Source of the DNA: a virus
Lineage: Duplodnaviria > Caudoviricetes
Virus record (IMG/VR): IMGVR_UViG_2823592041_000002
Coordinates: 72,880 to 136,879 of that record
DNA length: 64,000 bases
Direction: 5' to 3' (one strand)
A program made the position numbers and the translations under genes. Shown here in pieces: positions 37,046 through 46,575 of the stretch (position 1 is its first letter; every line of letters begins with the position of its first letter). The notes under the pieces were generated by a model. It was not told the DNA's origin, did not search any database, and saw only the letters and a program-made list of their open reading frames with translations.

Positions 37046-38059
37046 ATGAGTATTTGGATTGAACAAAAATATATTGGATTATTATCCCCTAAATTAGATA
37101 GATTTCACAGAGTTAGAGACAACTTATGGAACTTTAGATGTCCATATTGCGGAGACTCTGAAAAGTCTGAATCTAAGACAAGGGGATATTTCCATTTAAG
37201 TACGGATCAAAGCTACTATATTTACAAATGTCATAACTGTGGTTTTTATACTTCTTTTACAAAGTTTTTACAAACTCATGATTCTTTTTTGTATCAAGAA
37301 TATAAACTTGAGAACTTAAAAGAAACGAACCAGTTAAAAAATACTGAACCTGTTTATAAAAGTAAACCTGTAAAATTCAGTAAACCTAAAAGGAAAGTAA
37401 AAGAACTTCCTATGGTGAAGATGGACAATTTAGATGAGGAACACAAAGCAGTTCAGTATCTAAATTCCAGAATGATTCATTATAAATATAGGTGTAGATT
37501 CAGTTACACTGAAGACTTCAAAAGACTGATAGAACTAATCAGTCCAGATAAATCGCAAAGGTTGAAGAGTGAGGAGAGAATTGTTATTCCCTTCTTCAAT
37601 CGTCAAAACAAATTAACCCATATTCAAGGACGAGCACTTGATGATAACAGTCTTAGATATATTACAGTAAGTTTATCACAAGGTAGTAAGGTTTATGGAC
37701 TTGATAGAATTGATAATACAAAACCAGTTTATGTCGTAGAAGGTATTTTTGATTCACTGTTTTTAGAGAACTGTGTGGCTATGACAGGTTCAGATTTGAA
37801 TACAGAAGATTTACAAGATTGTGAATTGGTGTTCTTATTTGATAATGAACCTAGAAACAGGCAGATAGTTCAAAAAGTTGAAAAGATAATAGATATGGGT
37901 TATTCCATCGTATTATTTGATGACACCTTTAGAGGTAAAGATATCAATGATATGGTGAAAAATGATCACAGTATTGAACAGATAAAAGACTATATTGAAA
38001 ATCATACTTTCAAAGGTCTTAAAGCGAAAATGAAATTTACAGAATGGAGAAAATGGTGA
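37046..38059 (+). CDS. gp61: DNA primase (gp61)
   Basis: NFRCPYCGDS, KCHNCG, IPF, QGRAL, VVEGIFDSLF, DNEPRN, KDINDM. Confidence 0.96.
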   Translation: MSIWIEQKYIGLLSPKLDRFHRVRDNLWNFRCPYCGDSEKSESKTRGYFHLSTDQSYYIYKCHNCGFYTSFTKFLQTHDSFLYQEYKLENLKETNQLKNTEPVYKSKPVKFSKPKRKVKELPMVKMDNLDEEHKAVQYLNSRMIHYKYRCRFSYTEDFKRLIELISPDKSQRLKSEERIVIPFFNRQNKLTHIQGRALDDNSLRYITVSLSQGSKVYGLDRIDNTKPVYVVEGIFDSLFLENCVAMTGSDLNTEDLQDCELVFLFDNEPRNRQIVQKVEKIIDMGYSIVLFDDTFRGKDINDMVKNDHSIEQIKDYIENHTFKGLKAKMKFTEWRKW

Positions 38060-38226
38060 ACGAAGAACAGGGTGTGGAAATTAAAGAATCTCTCATTAGG
38101 ACTAGGGATTTTCTAAACTTCCTAAAAAACTACGACGACTTACCAAAGTTTGTTAAGTTGGATGCTGAGGTTTTATTGAAAGACTTCCCAACAGACTATA
38201 ACCTTACAAGATTATTTAATAAGTGA
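38053..38226 (+). CDS. Hypothetical small protein
   Basis: GGAG SD, fills the gap between primase and IMPDH. Confidence 0.55.
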   Translation: MVNEEQGVEIKESLIRTRDFLNFLKNYDDLPKFVKLDAEVLLKDFPTDYNLTRLFNK

Positions 38227-38232
38227 GTTTTT

Positions 38233-39249
38233 ATGTTTATGCAAGCTTACACTTACGATGATATTTTATTACTACCTAATAAATCCTTACATTCTCGGAA
38301 AGATCCAAAATTAGAAACAAAACTTTCTAGAAATATTTACATAGATAATCCTATAACATCCGCTAATATGGACACTATTACTGGATTTGAGTTAGCAAGA
38401 ACTATGAGCAAAATGGGTGGAGTTGGATTTCTTCATAGGAATATGGAGATTGAAGAGAATGTTACAATAGTAAAGAAATGTCTAGATGAATGGGAAACTT
38501 ACTGGAGTCCTGTTGTACCCACTGTTGGAGTTTCTAGTATTCAAGAGATGGCACGTGCAGAACTTCTTTTAGAATTAGGCATTCCTGCAATTTGTATTGA
38601 TATCGCTAATGCATATTCTGATAGAGTTGTTAATATGATAAATTTTATTAGAAGTAAATCAAAGGATACCGATATTATTGTTGGGAATGTTGCAACCGCT
38701 TCTGCTGCTTTATTTTTAGCAAAACATGGTGCGGATGCTATAAAAGTTGGTATTGGACCTGGAAGCGTTTGTACGACTAGGAGAATGACTGGTTTTGGAG
38801 TTCCTCAATTGACTGCTGTTAGAATGGTAAAGTTGGGTTTGATGGAGTATAAATATTCCGACATTCCAGTGATTGCTGACGGTGGGATTAAAAGTTCTGG
38901 TGACATTGTTAAGGCATTATGGGCTGGTGCAAGTTCTATTATGACGGGTAAATTATTTGCAGGTTGTAGAGAAGCAAATGATCCAACTTCATATAGAGGT
39001 ATGGCTTCAAGTAATGCTAGAGAAGTATTAAAAACAGATTCTGGAGATTCTGTTGCTGAAGAAGGTATTGCTATTGAAGTTGAGGATGCTGGAAGTGCAG
39101 AAGACGTTATTAAAGAACTTTGTAATGGTATTCGTTCTGGAATGTCTTATGCGGGTTGTAATTTTATAAGTGAATTAACACTCTCAAAAGAAGTTGGAGC
39201 TGTTGTGCAAACTCAGAATGGTATTATTGAAAGTGGTACTAGAAAATAA
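38233..39249 (+). CDS. IMP dehydrogenase / GMP reductase family protein (no CBS domains)
   Basis: [59 protein letters not shown]. Confidence 0.92.
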   Translation: MFMQAYTYDDILLLPNKSLHSRKDPKLETKLSRNIYIDNPITSANMDTITGFELARTMSKMGGVGFLHRNMEIEENVTIVKKCLDEWETYWSPVVPTVGVSSIQEMARAELLLELGIPAICIDIANAYSDRVVNMINFIRSKSKDTDIIVGNVATASAALFLAKHGADAIKVGIGPGSVCTTRRMTGFGVPQLTAVRMVKLGLMEYKYSDIPVIADGGIKSSGDIVKALWAGASSIMTGKLFAGCREANDPTSYRGMASSNAREVLKTDSGDSVAEEGIAIEVEDAGSAEDVIKELCNGIRSGMSYAGCNFISELTLSKEVGAVVQTQNGIIESGTRK

Positions 39250-39270
39250 AAGGAATAATAGGAGAAAAAA

Positions 39271-41196
39271 ATGTTATTACCATCACTTTATCAAGAATTT
39301 ATCCACTTATCCAGATATTCTAGGTGGTTAGAGGATAAGGGAAGACGAGAAACTTGGGAAGAGACAGTTGACAGATATATGGGATTTTTTAAAACTCATT
39401 TATTAGAAAACTATTCATATGAAATCCCACAAGCAACATATAAAAAAGTTAGATCATTCATTTTAGAATTAAAAGTGATGCCTTCAATGAGGGCATTAAT
39501 GACTGCTGGCCCTGCTCTTAAAAGAGATAATGTTGCTGGATATAACTGTGCTTATACTGCTATTGATAAACTACGTGCATTTGATGAAATCCTCTACATC
39601 CTTATGTGCGGAACTGGTGTTGGATTTAGTGTAGAAAAATATCATGTAAAAAAATTACCAACAATTGCAGAAAGATTTGAAGATTCAGATACTACAATAG
39701 TTGTAGGAGATTCTAAAAAAGGTTGGGCAAAAGCATATCGTGAACTTGTTTCTCTTCTAGTTTCAGGTCAAGTTCCAAAGATTGATTATTCAAAAGTTCG
39801 ACCCGCTGGAGCAAGATTAAAAGTTTTTGGTGGTAGAGCATCTGGCCCAGAACCGTTGAGGCAATTAATGGAATTCACTATCAGTACTTTTAGAAATGCT
39901 GCTGGTAGAAAATTATATCCAATTGAATGTCATGATGTTGTATGTAAGATTGCTGAAATCGTGGTTGTTGGAGGGGTAAGACGTTCTGCACTTATTTCCT
40001 TATCCGACCTGAATGATGATAGAATGAGAAGTGCTAAATCAGGTCAGTGGTGGGTTATTGATCCACATAGAGCATTAGCAAACAACTCTGTATGTTATCG
40101 TGAAAGACCTGATATTGGAACTTTTATGGAAGAGTGGTTGTCATTATATCGTTCAAAGTCTGGAGAACGTGGTATTTTCAATCGTCAAGCATCAAAGAAA
40201 ACAGTTGAAAAATTAGATGGTAGACGAGAAATAGAATATGACTTTGGAACTAATCCTTGTTCTGAGATTATATTGAGGTCAAAAGAGTTTTGTAATCTAT
40301 CAGAAGCTGTGGTTTCTAATGATGATACTATTGAAACTCTGATGGAAAAGGTTGAAGTCGCTGCTATCATAGGAACTTGGCAATCTACACTAACACACTT
40401 TCCCTACTTATCAAAGCATTGGAGGGAGAACTGTGAAGAAGAAAGATTGCTTGGTGTATCTCTTACTGGTATTATGGATAGTGAAATCACTAACGGTAGA
40501 GGTGAAACTTCGCTAAAAGAACTTCTCCCCCAACTAAAACAAAAGACTATTGAAATGAACGAGAAGGTTGCTGCTGAAATAGGTGTAAATCCTTCTGCTG
40601 CAATCACTTGTGTAAAACCTTCTGGAACAGTATCACAATTAGTAAATGCTGCTAGTGGTATTCACGCAAGACATTCTGAATATTATATCAGAACTGTTAG
40701 AGGTGATAAGAAAGACCCATTGGCTCAGTTTATGGTTGAAATGGGTTTCCCACATGAAGAATGTTTTATGAAACCTGAGCATCAATGGGTATTCAGTTTT
40801 CCAGTAAAGTCTCCTGAGAATGCTGTATTCAGAAATGACATGTCTGCTATTGAACAGTTGGAATTGTGGTTAGACTATCAAAGACATTGGTGTGAACATA
40901 AACCTTCTGTAACAGTTTCTGTAAAAGAACATGAATGGTTTGAAGTTGGTTCTTGGGTGTGGAATCATTTTGATGAAGTTTCTGGTGTATCTTTTCTACC
41001 AAGTTCAGATCACACATATAAACAAGCACCTTATCAAGAATGTGGTGTTGGGGAATATGAAGAACTTTTAGCAAAGATTCCACAAGATGTTGATTGGTCT
41101 GGATTGGAAAGATTTGAAAAAGAAGACAACACAAAAGGTGCTCAAACTTACAGTTGTACTGCTGGAAGTTGTGAAATAGTTGATTTGACTGACTAA
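39271..41196 (+). CDS. nrdJ: Class II (adenosylcobalamin-dependent) ribonucleotide reductase
   Basis: RETWEETV.RY, MPSMR, YNC, GTGVGFS, GGVRRSA, TNPCSEI, VKPSGTVS, C-terminal CTAGSCE; no beta subunit adjacent. Confidence 0.93.
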   Translation: MLLPSLYQEFIHLSRYSRWLEDKGRRETWEETVDRYMGFFKTHLLENYSYEIPQATYKKVRSFILELKVMPSMRALMTAGPALKRDNVAGYNCAYTAIDKLRAFDEILYILMCGTGVGFSVEKYHVKKLPTIAERFEDSDTTIVVGDSKKGWAKAYRELVSLLVSGQVPKIDYSKVRPAGARLKVFGGRASGPEPLRQLMEFTISTFRNAAGRKLYPIECHDVVCKIAEIVVVGGVRRSALISLSDLNDDRMRSAKSGQWWVIDPHRALANNSVCYRERPDIGTFMEEWLSLYRSKSGERGIFNRQASKKTVEKLDGRREIEYDFGTNPCSEIILRSKEFCNLSEAVVSNDDTIETLMEKVEVAAIIGTWQSTLTHFPYLSKHWRENCEEERLLGVSLTGIMDSEITNGRGETSLKELLPQLKQKTIEMNEKVAAEIGVNPSAAITCVKPSGTVSQLVNAASGIHARHSEYYIRTVRGDKKDPLAQFMVEMGFPHEECFMKPEHQWVFSFPVKSPENAVFRNDMSAIEQLELWLDYQRHWCEHKPSVTVSVKEHEWFEVGSWVWNHFDEVSGVSFLPSSDHTYKQAPYQECGVGEYEELLAKIPQDVDWSGLERFEKEDNTKGAQTYSCTAGSCEIVDLTD

Positions 41197-41200
41197 AGTA

Positions 41201-41208
41201 TATAAATA
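41201..41208 (+). promoter_or_regulatory. T4-type late promoter, 13 nt upstream of the ATG
   Basis: Exact TATAAATA. Confidence 0.7.
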
Positions 41209-41213
41209 CTTGA

Positions 41214-42989
41214 ATGTCTATAAAGTATAAACAAATATTTCTCGATTTTGATTCCACTATATCTAAAATAGAAGGGATAGATGTTTTATCGGATATTCAG
41301 AAATTAGACAATATAAAAGAAATCACAAAACAGGGGATGGAAGGACAGATTGACTTAAAGAGGTCATATATAGAAAGAACCCAGCATCTGTCTTTCCACC
41401 CCCCTCATATGAAGATTGTTTCAGAAGTTTACATTGCTAATCTATACCCAGATGTTCAAGAGACTATCGATGTGTTGAAGTATTTTGATAAAGAGGTTGT
41501 AGTTGTAAGTGGTGGGTTTTATGAGGCAATAGAACCGGTATGTAATCATCTTGGAATTGATACACTCTATGCTATCAAAACTGAAGGTGGTCTTGAAGAT
41601 AGTGTTCTGATGAAACCTCAAGGTAAATGTGAGATTGTAAAGAAACACAAAACAGGAAACTCAGTATTCATAGGTGACGGTGTTACTGATGAAGTCACCA
41701 AAGATGTTGTTGAGAGAATGATACCCTTTGCTGGTGTTGAGAAAAGGCAATGGATGGAAAACACTGATTTGATGTGTTATTCTGGAAAGAGTTTTCTTGG
41801 TCTTTTATGCCTAATATTAGATGAAGAGGAATTTTCAATATTCCAAAAGAATTACCCTCAATTATCTGAGAAATCGTTATTATCTTGTGAAGTGAAAAAC
41901 CCTTCAGAATCGGTTGCAAACCTCTTAGAGAAGGGGATAAAACACTATCACATCCCTGGCCCAACTTCTATGCAAGAGGATATAAGAAACTTATCTTTCT
42001 CAATGATATCTCATAGGTCACCAGAGTTCATGGAGATATATGATGAGGTTCAAAAAGAACTTAAAAGGTGCTTCAAAACAGATAACGAATTTCTAACAGC
42101 ATGTTCTTCTGCTACTGGAATGATGGAAGCAATATCAAACACTTTACCTGAAGGTGCAAAAGTATTGAGTTTACAATCTGGTGATTTTGGTAAAAGATTT
42201 TCTGATGTTGCTAAGAAGTGGAAATTGAATGTTACTGATGTCTGTGCTGAATATGGTAAGGCTATCACACTAGAGGATTTAGAAAAGTATTCAGATGAAC
42301 ATTTTGATGCTGTTTTTATAGTTCAAAGTGAAACAAGTTCTGGAACAAACAATGATATCAAAAAGATATCCGAATATCTGAAAGTCAAGAACCCTGATAT
42401 ATGGGTTTTCGTAGATGCTGTAACAGGTGCTTTTTCTACACCAATTGATATGAGTTTATGTGATGGTTACTTCTTTGGTTCTCAGAAATGTCTGAACCTA
42501 GAACCAGGAATGTCATTTCTCTGCATCTCTCCAAAGTTTGAGAAGTATATTGATTTGGATGAAGGAAGAGGATACTATTTCAATCTGAAAATATCCCTTG
42601 ATAGACATAGATTGAGTATAACACAGTTCACTCCTGCTGTGGGCGTTTTCCAAAAGTTAGAATACACACTCAAAAAACACTTTGCTGATATGGATGAAGT
42701 TCATAAAAGATATAGAGATATATCAGAAAGAATATGGAAATTTTGTGACGATGAAGGATTGGAGATGTATTGTAAAAAAGACAGTAGAACTCTTGGAGCA
42801 ACCTGTATAGAACTTCCCAAACATAAACCTAATCTCCTCAAAGAACTCAGAAAAAGAGGTGTGGTGATTGCTTCTGGATATAAAGTCTTGAAGAAAACAC
42901 ATTTCAGAATCAGTCATATGGGTTCTTTTGATATGGATGAATTGGAAGAAATGTTAAAAATATTCAAAGAAATTTTAGAAACTCCTTGA
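41214..42989 (+). CDS. Fusion of HAD phosphoserine phosphatase (SerB-like) and class V PLP aminotransferase
   Basis: DFDST, VSGGF, GDGVTD; then IPGPT, SHRS.EF, S.TG.ME, ETSSG, VDAV, GSQKCL, FRI.HMG. Confidence 0.88.
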   Translation: MSIKYKQIFLDFDSTISKIEGIDVLSDIQKLDNIKEITKQGMEGQIDLKRSYIERTQHLSFHPPHMKIVSEVYIANLYPDVQETIDVLKYFDKEVVVVSGGFYEAIEPVCNHLGIDTLYAIKTEGGLEDSVLMKPQGKCEIVKKHKTGNSVFIGDGVTDEVTKDVVERMIPFAGVEKRQWMENTDLMCYSGKSFLGLLCLILDEEEFSIFQKNYPQLSEKSLLSCEVKNPSESVANLLEKGIKHYHIPGPTSMQEDIRNLSFSMISHRSPEFMEIYDEVQKELKRCFKTDNEFLTACSSATGMMEAISNTLPEGAKVLSLQSGDFGKRFSDVAKKWKLNVTDVCAEYGKAITLEDLEKYSDEHFDAVFIVQSETSSGTNNDIKKISEYLKVKNPDIWVFVDAVTGAFSTPIDMSLCDGYFFGSQKCLNLEPGMSFLCISPKFEKYIDLDEGRGYYFNLKISLDRHRLSITQFTPAVGVFQKLEYTLKKHFADMDEVHKRYRDISERIWKFCDDEGLEMYCKKDSRTLGATCIELPKHKPNLLKELRKRGVVIASGYKVLKKTHFRISHMGSFDMDELEEMLKIFKEILETP

Positions 42990-43014
42990 CTTCTCCCCTC
43001 AAATACTTTATAAT
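42986..43014 (+). promoter_or_regulatory. Sigma70-type early promoter
   Basis: TTGACT-N17-TATAAT. Confidence 0.75.
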
Positions 43015-43042
43015 AGTAATATAGAGTAAAAAGGAGATAGTA

Positions 43043-43231
43043 ATGAAAGAGTTCACGCTAGTATTAATCGACAATAATCAGAATATAAATATCTATAAGC
43101 AAGATACTTTTGACGAAACTGTCAAAAAAATCGTTGAATTAAGAGATTCATATGAGAATTTCGACACAAAAGAAATAAAATGGATTCTCTACAAAGGTAA
43201 CGATATTCTTGCCAGTAAGGATATAGAATGA
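43043..43231 (+). CDS. Hypothetical protein
   Basis: AAGGAG SD downstream of promoter. Confidence 0.65.
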   Translation: MKEFTLVLIDNNQNINIYKQDTFDETVKKIVELRDSYENFDTKEIKWILYKGNDILASKDIE

Positions 43232-43377
43232 CGAAACGTGAAAAGATTTTGGTAATATGGATTGTGATAATGACTTGGGGTCATATCATTTACAACAAAT
43301 ATTTGATTGAATGTAACAGATTGTTTATGCACGATATGTTCAGAGCATTTAGGAATTTGACAAACTCCTTTACATGA
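43228..43377 (+). CDS. Small membrane protein (49 aa), absent from the ORF track
   Basis: MTKREKILVIWIVIMTWGHIIYNKY...; ATGA overlaps with both neighbours. Confidence 0.55.
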   Translation: MTKREKILVIWIVIMTWGHIIYNKYLIECNRLFMHDMFRAFRNLTNSFT

Positions 43378-43913
43378 TAATAGCTGGAATAGACTACAGT
43401 ATGAGTTGTCCGTCACTCTGTATTTTTGATACTGAGTTGGATTTCACTTTCCAAAATTGCGACTTTTACTATCTAATAGATAAGAAAACCAAAATCATAG
43501 AAGAAGGAAATATACATGGTGAATATTATTCAAAGGATTCTGAAAATGTTAAAAGGTTCGATCATATATCGGACTGGGCAATCACTATTCTCAAAAACCA
43601 AAAAGTCAATCACGTATATTTGGAAGGGTATTCCATGGGTTCTAGGGGTAGAGTCTTCCACATCGCAGAAAACACAGGTGTCCTCAAACAAAAAATCTAC
43701 AAAGCAGGAATTACTTTCGAAGTTATCCCGCCTTCGACATGGAAAAAAGAAGTAGTCGGTAAAGGGAATGCTGACAAACAATATGTTTATGAATCTTTGG
43801 GTATAGACTTGAAGACGAAATTTAAATCAAAATCAATAACGAGCCCTATAAACGATATCGCTGATTCATATTTTATATGTAAGTATGGAAGCTTGACAAC
43901 TCAATCCCAATAG
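43374..43913 (+). CDS. RuvC-like Holliday junction resolvase
   Basis: GIDYS, YLEGYS, IAENTG.LK, P..WKK...GKGNADK, DIADS. Confidence 0.85.
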   Translation: MIIAGIDYSMSCPSLCIFDTELDFTFQNCDFYYLIDKKTKIIEEGNIHGEYYSKDSENVKRFDHISDWAITILKNQKVNHVYLEGYSMGSRGRVFHIAENTGVLKQKIYKAGITFEVIPPSTWKKEVVGKGNADKQYVYESLGIDLKTKFKSKSITSPINDIADSYFICKYGSLTTQSQ

Positions 43914-43921
43914 TTTATAAT
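43893..43921 (+). promoter_or_regulatory. Sigma70-type early promoter
   Basis: TTGACA-N17-TATAAT. Confidence 0.75.
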
Positions 43922-43942
43922 ATAAAGAAAAAGGAGTTTACC

Positions 43943-44767
43943 ATGCAGCAAAGAATGGTAGATGCTGAAGGAACTTATGTCTTTGGTACAAAACCAGTGT
44001 GGACTGATGAAGAAGTCCACATTGAAGATGCTAGAATATACAAAGCTATAAACTGGTATTCTTACAAATATGATAAATCTGTTGTTAAGAGTATACTGAT
44101 AGAGTATTTCAAAGAAGTTGAAGATGAAAAGTATGTGAATCAAATCAAGACATATGATGAAAACAAAATACGTTCATCTGTTGCTTGGATATGTGATATG
44201 ATTCTGAGTGGACTTGTTCTAGTTGACCCTAAAAGTGTTTTTCTGAATAAGATAGAAGATCTAAAAAACAACCCTAAAAAGTTCACGAAAGAATTGGAAA
44301 TAAAGAAAATAGATAAAAAAGAGGTTAAAAAAGTCTCACCTATGGCAAGAGTTCGTAGATTTTTTACCAAAATAGTTTCCGAAATTGATCAAGAAATTGA
44401 TGACTTTATCATCAATGGCTACAAAACGAGCTTCAATGTCAAAAAGTATTCAAAAACTATCAAGCCAATTTACGGTAAAATGATTTCTCAACACTATCAA
44501 TCTTTATTAACAGAATTACAATCTGTTGTTGATCGAGAGGATATAGAACTAGTTGAATCATATTCATATATGAAAAGATCCGAATTAAGACGATTTGTTA
44601 AATTCATAAAAGAAATCGTTGATATCTTCGGCCAAGTCAAGAATAAGAGAACTAAGAAAAAAGCAACCAAAAGAAAAAGGGTTGCAAAAGAGAAAACAAA
44701 ACCTAGAAAGCCTAAAAAACAGGCAGACATACAATTGAAAACAGTACCTATAACAGATTTTATGTGA
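43943..44767 (+). CDS. Conserved T4-like hypothetical protein with basic C-terminus
   Basis: G.KP.W, A.NWY.Y, L.E.YSY; AAGGAG SD. Confidence 0.7.
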   Translation: MQQRMVDAEGTYVFGTKPVWTDEEVHIEDARIYKAINWYSYKYDKSVVKSILIEYFKEVEDEKYVNQIKTYDENKIRSSVAWICDMILSGLVLVDPKSVFLNKIEDLKNNPKKFTKELEIKKIDKKEVKKVSPMARVRRFFTKIVSEIDQEIDDFIINGYKTSFNVKKYSKTIKPIYGKMISQHYQSLLTELQSVVDREDIELVESYSYMKRSELRRFVKFIKEIVDIFGQVKNKRTKKKATKRKRVAKEKTKPRKPKKQADIQLKTVPITDFM

Positions 44768-44788
44768 TCCATACAAGGAGTATTTATA

Positions 44789-45667
44789 ATGATATTAGTT
44801 GACTTTAGTCAGATAATGGTTTCCAACCTAATGGTGATGATTGCGAGAAATGAATATGACCCAATATTTTTTAGACATTGGGTCTTGAATTCTTTAAGAC
44901 AATACAATGTTAAATTCAGAGGTGATTATGGTGAAATGACTATATGTTGCGATTCACCGTCTTGGAGGAGAGAATATTTTCCTCACTATAAAATGAACCG
45001 AAAGAAGAAAAGAGCAGCAGATGATATAGATTGGGATTCAGTATTTAAGAACTTCAATGAAACTATAGAGATGATTGATAACAATTTTCCATATAAGGTT
45101 TTGAGGGTTGATAAATCTGAAGCAGATGATATTATCGCAGTATCAGTAAAGAACTTTAGAGAAACAACACAAGAACCTATATTGATTATTTCCTCTGATA
45201 AAGATTTCATGCAATTAAAAAAACATGGTAATGTGAAACAGTATTGCCCAAGGAATAAAAAATTCATTAATGAAGTCACTGATTTAGAAGTTATTCATGA
45301 TAATCTATTAGTTCATATCATAACAGGAGATACATCTGACGGAATTCCAAATATTTTTTCTGATGATGATGCTTTAGTTAATGAAGAGAAGAAACAAAAC
45401 AGAGCAACTAAAAAGAGAGTTGAGGATGTTAAGAATGAGATCAAATCAAATCTTATAAATAAGTATAGTTCCGCTATTTCTAGAAACACAGTGCTGATAG
45501 ATTTGGATAAAATTCCTGATTATGTAGTGAGTGAAATAATAGAACATATAAATAAAGATAGAAAAGGGAATATGAAGAAGTGTTTTTCATATTTAATGAA
45601 GAACCATTACAAAGAATTGATAAAACGGATTGACGATTTCAAACCGTTAAAATATGGTGGAGAATAG
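44789..45667 (+). CDS. rnh: RNase H / 5'-3' flap exonuclease (T4 rnh-like)
   Basis: MILVDFSQ, WRR..FP.YK..R, EADDIIA, ISSDKDF.QL, GD.SDGIPN. Confidence 0.95.
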   Translation: MILVDFSQIMVSNLMVMIARNEYDPIFFRHWVLNSLRQYNVKFRGDYGEMTICCDSPSWRREYFPHYKMNRKKKRAADDIDWDSVFKNFNETIEMIDNNFPYKVLRVDKSEADDIIAVSVKNFRETTQEPILIISSDKDFMQLKKHGNVKQYCPRNKKFINEVTDLEVIHDNLLVHIITGDTSDGIPNIFSDDDALVNEEKKQNRATKKRVEDVKNEIKSNLINKYSSAISRNTVLIDLDKIPDYVVSEIIEHINKDRKGNMKKCFSYLMKNHYKELIKRIDDFKPLKYGGE

Positions 45668-45670
45668 AAA

Positions 45671-46276
45671 ATGAGAAGATTGAGTATACCAGAAATTTTG
45701 GATAGTTTAGAAACAAAAGAATCTAATGAAAGAATTCAAATTCTTAGAAAGAATGATTCAAAAAGTTTGAGACATATTTTGCATGTATCATTTAACCCCC
45801 ATGTACAGATTATTTTACCAAATGAGAGACCAACACAATTAAAAATAGAAGAAAGTCCAGTTGGTTTATCTTCAAACACTTTATATCAACAATCGAGAAA
45901 ATTGAAAATATTTTTAAAAGATACTGGTTATGATCATTTAAGTAATTCTAAAAGGGAATCACTATTCACCCAGATTTTAGAATCAATCCATAGTAGTGAA
46001 GCTGAATTGTTATTACAAATTTGTGTGGATAGAAAATTGAAATCTTCACTAACATATGAAGAAGTTTCAGAAGCATTTCCAGAATTACTTCCTGTTGTTG
46101 AAGTGACATCTGAACCAGAACCTGTTGTTGAAGTTGCAGCTGAAGAAGAGCAGCCCAAAGTTTATAAAAATCTTCAAGAATTGTATAAAGAAGAGATTCC
46201 GAAAGCTAAAGCGAAAGCTAAAGAAAAAAGTAAAAAAAGTAAAAATAAAAAATCTTCTAAAAAGAAGAGTAAGTGA
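45671..46276 (+). CDS. Conserved T4-like hypothetical protein
   Basis: I.EIL, RE.LF.QILE.IH..EA.LL, V.EAFP.L; follows rnh. Confidence 0.7.
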   Translation: MRRLSIPEILDSLETKESNERIQILRKNDSKSLRHILHVSFNPHVQIILPNERPTQLKIEESPVGLSSNTLYQQSRKLKIFLKDTGYDHLSNSKRESLFTQILESIHSSEAELLLQICVDRKLKSSLTYEEVSEAFPELLPVVEVTSEPEPVVEVAAEEEQPKVYKNLQELYKEEIPKAKAKAKEKSKKSKNKKSSKKKSK

Positions 46277-46286
46277 GTTATAGATT

Positions 46287-46562
46287 ATGTTTATTGAGTA
46301 TTCTGTTTTATCTTTGTACCTAATATTTTCGGTGATATTTCTCGTTGCCGTTTGGTTTTATGTGGAATCATCTTCACATCAAATCGGCTATGAGGATGGT
46401 AAAGATGTTGGAATTAAGATTGGAACCAATATTGGTTTTATAAACTGTATGGATGAATTAAAGAAGCAAGGCGTTATTGAAGTAAAGTCAGATGGAACTA
46501 TTGTAGCAAAAAAACCTCCAACAAAAAGGAAAGCGAAAAAAGATGACGAAGATAAAAAGTAG
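46287..46562 (+). CDS. Small membrane protein
   Basis: N-terminal TM helix, basic tail. Confidence 0.6.
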   Translation: MFIEYSVLSLYLIFSVIFLVAVWFYVESSSHQIGYEDGKDVGIKIGTNIGFINCMDELKKQGVIEVKSDGTIVAKKPPTKRKAKKDDEDKK

Positions 46563-46575
46563 GTGATTTTTATAA

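Noticed and set aside
13705-41196. Introns or inteins in gp43, gp41, primase or nrdJ
   Set aside because: ORFs are continuous and of normal length; no intein or homing endonuclease motifs seen
41214-42989. PhnW-PhnX phosphonate degradation fusion
   Set aside because: HAD motif I is DFDST (SerB type), not the DWAGT of phosphonatase; kept only as a substrate to test
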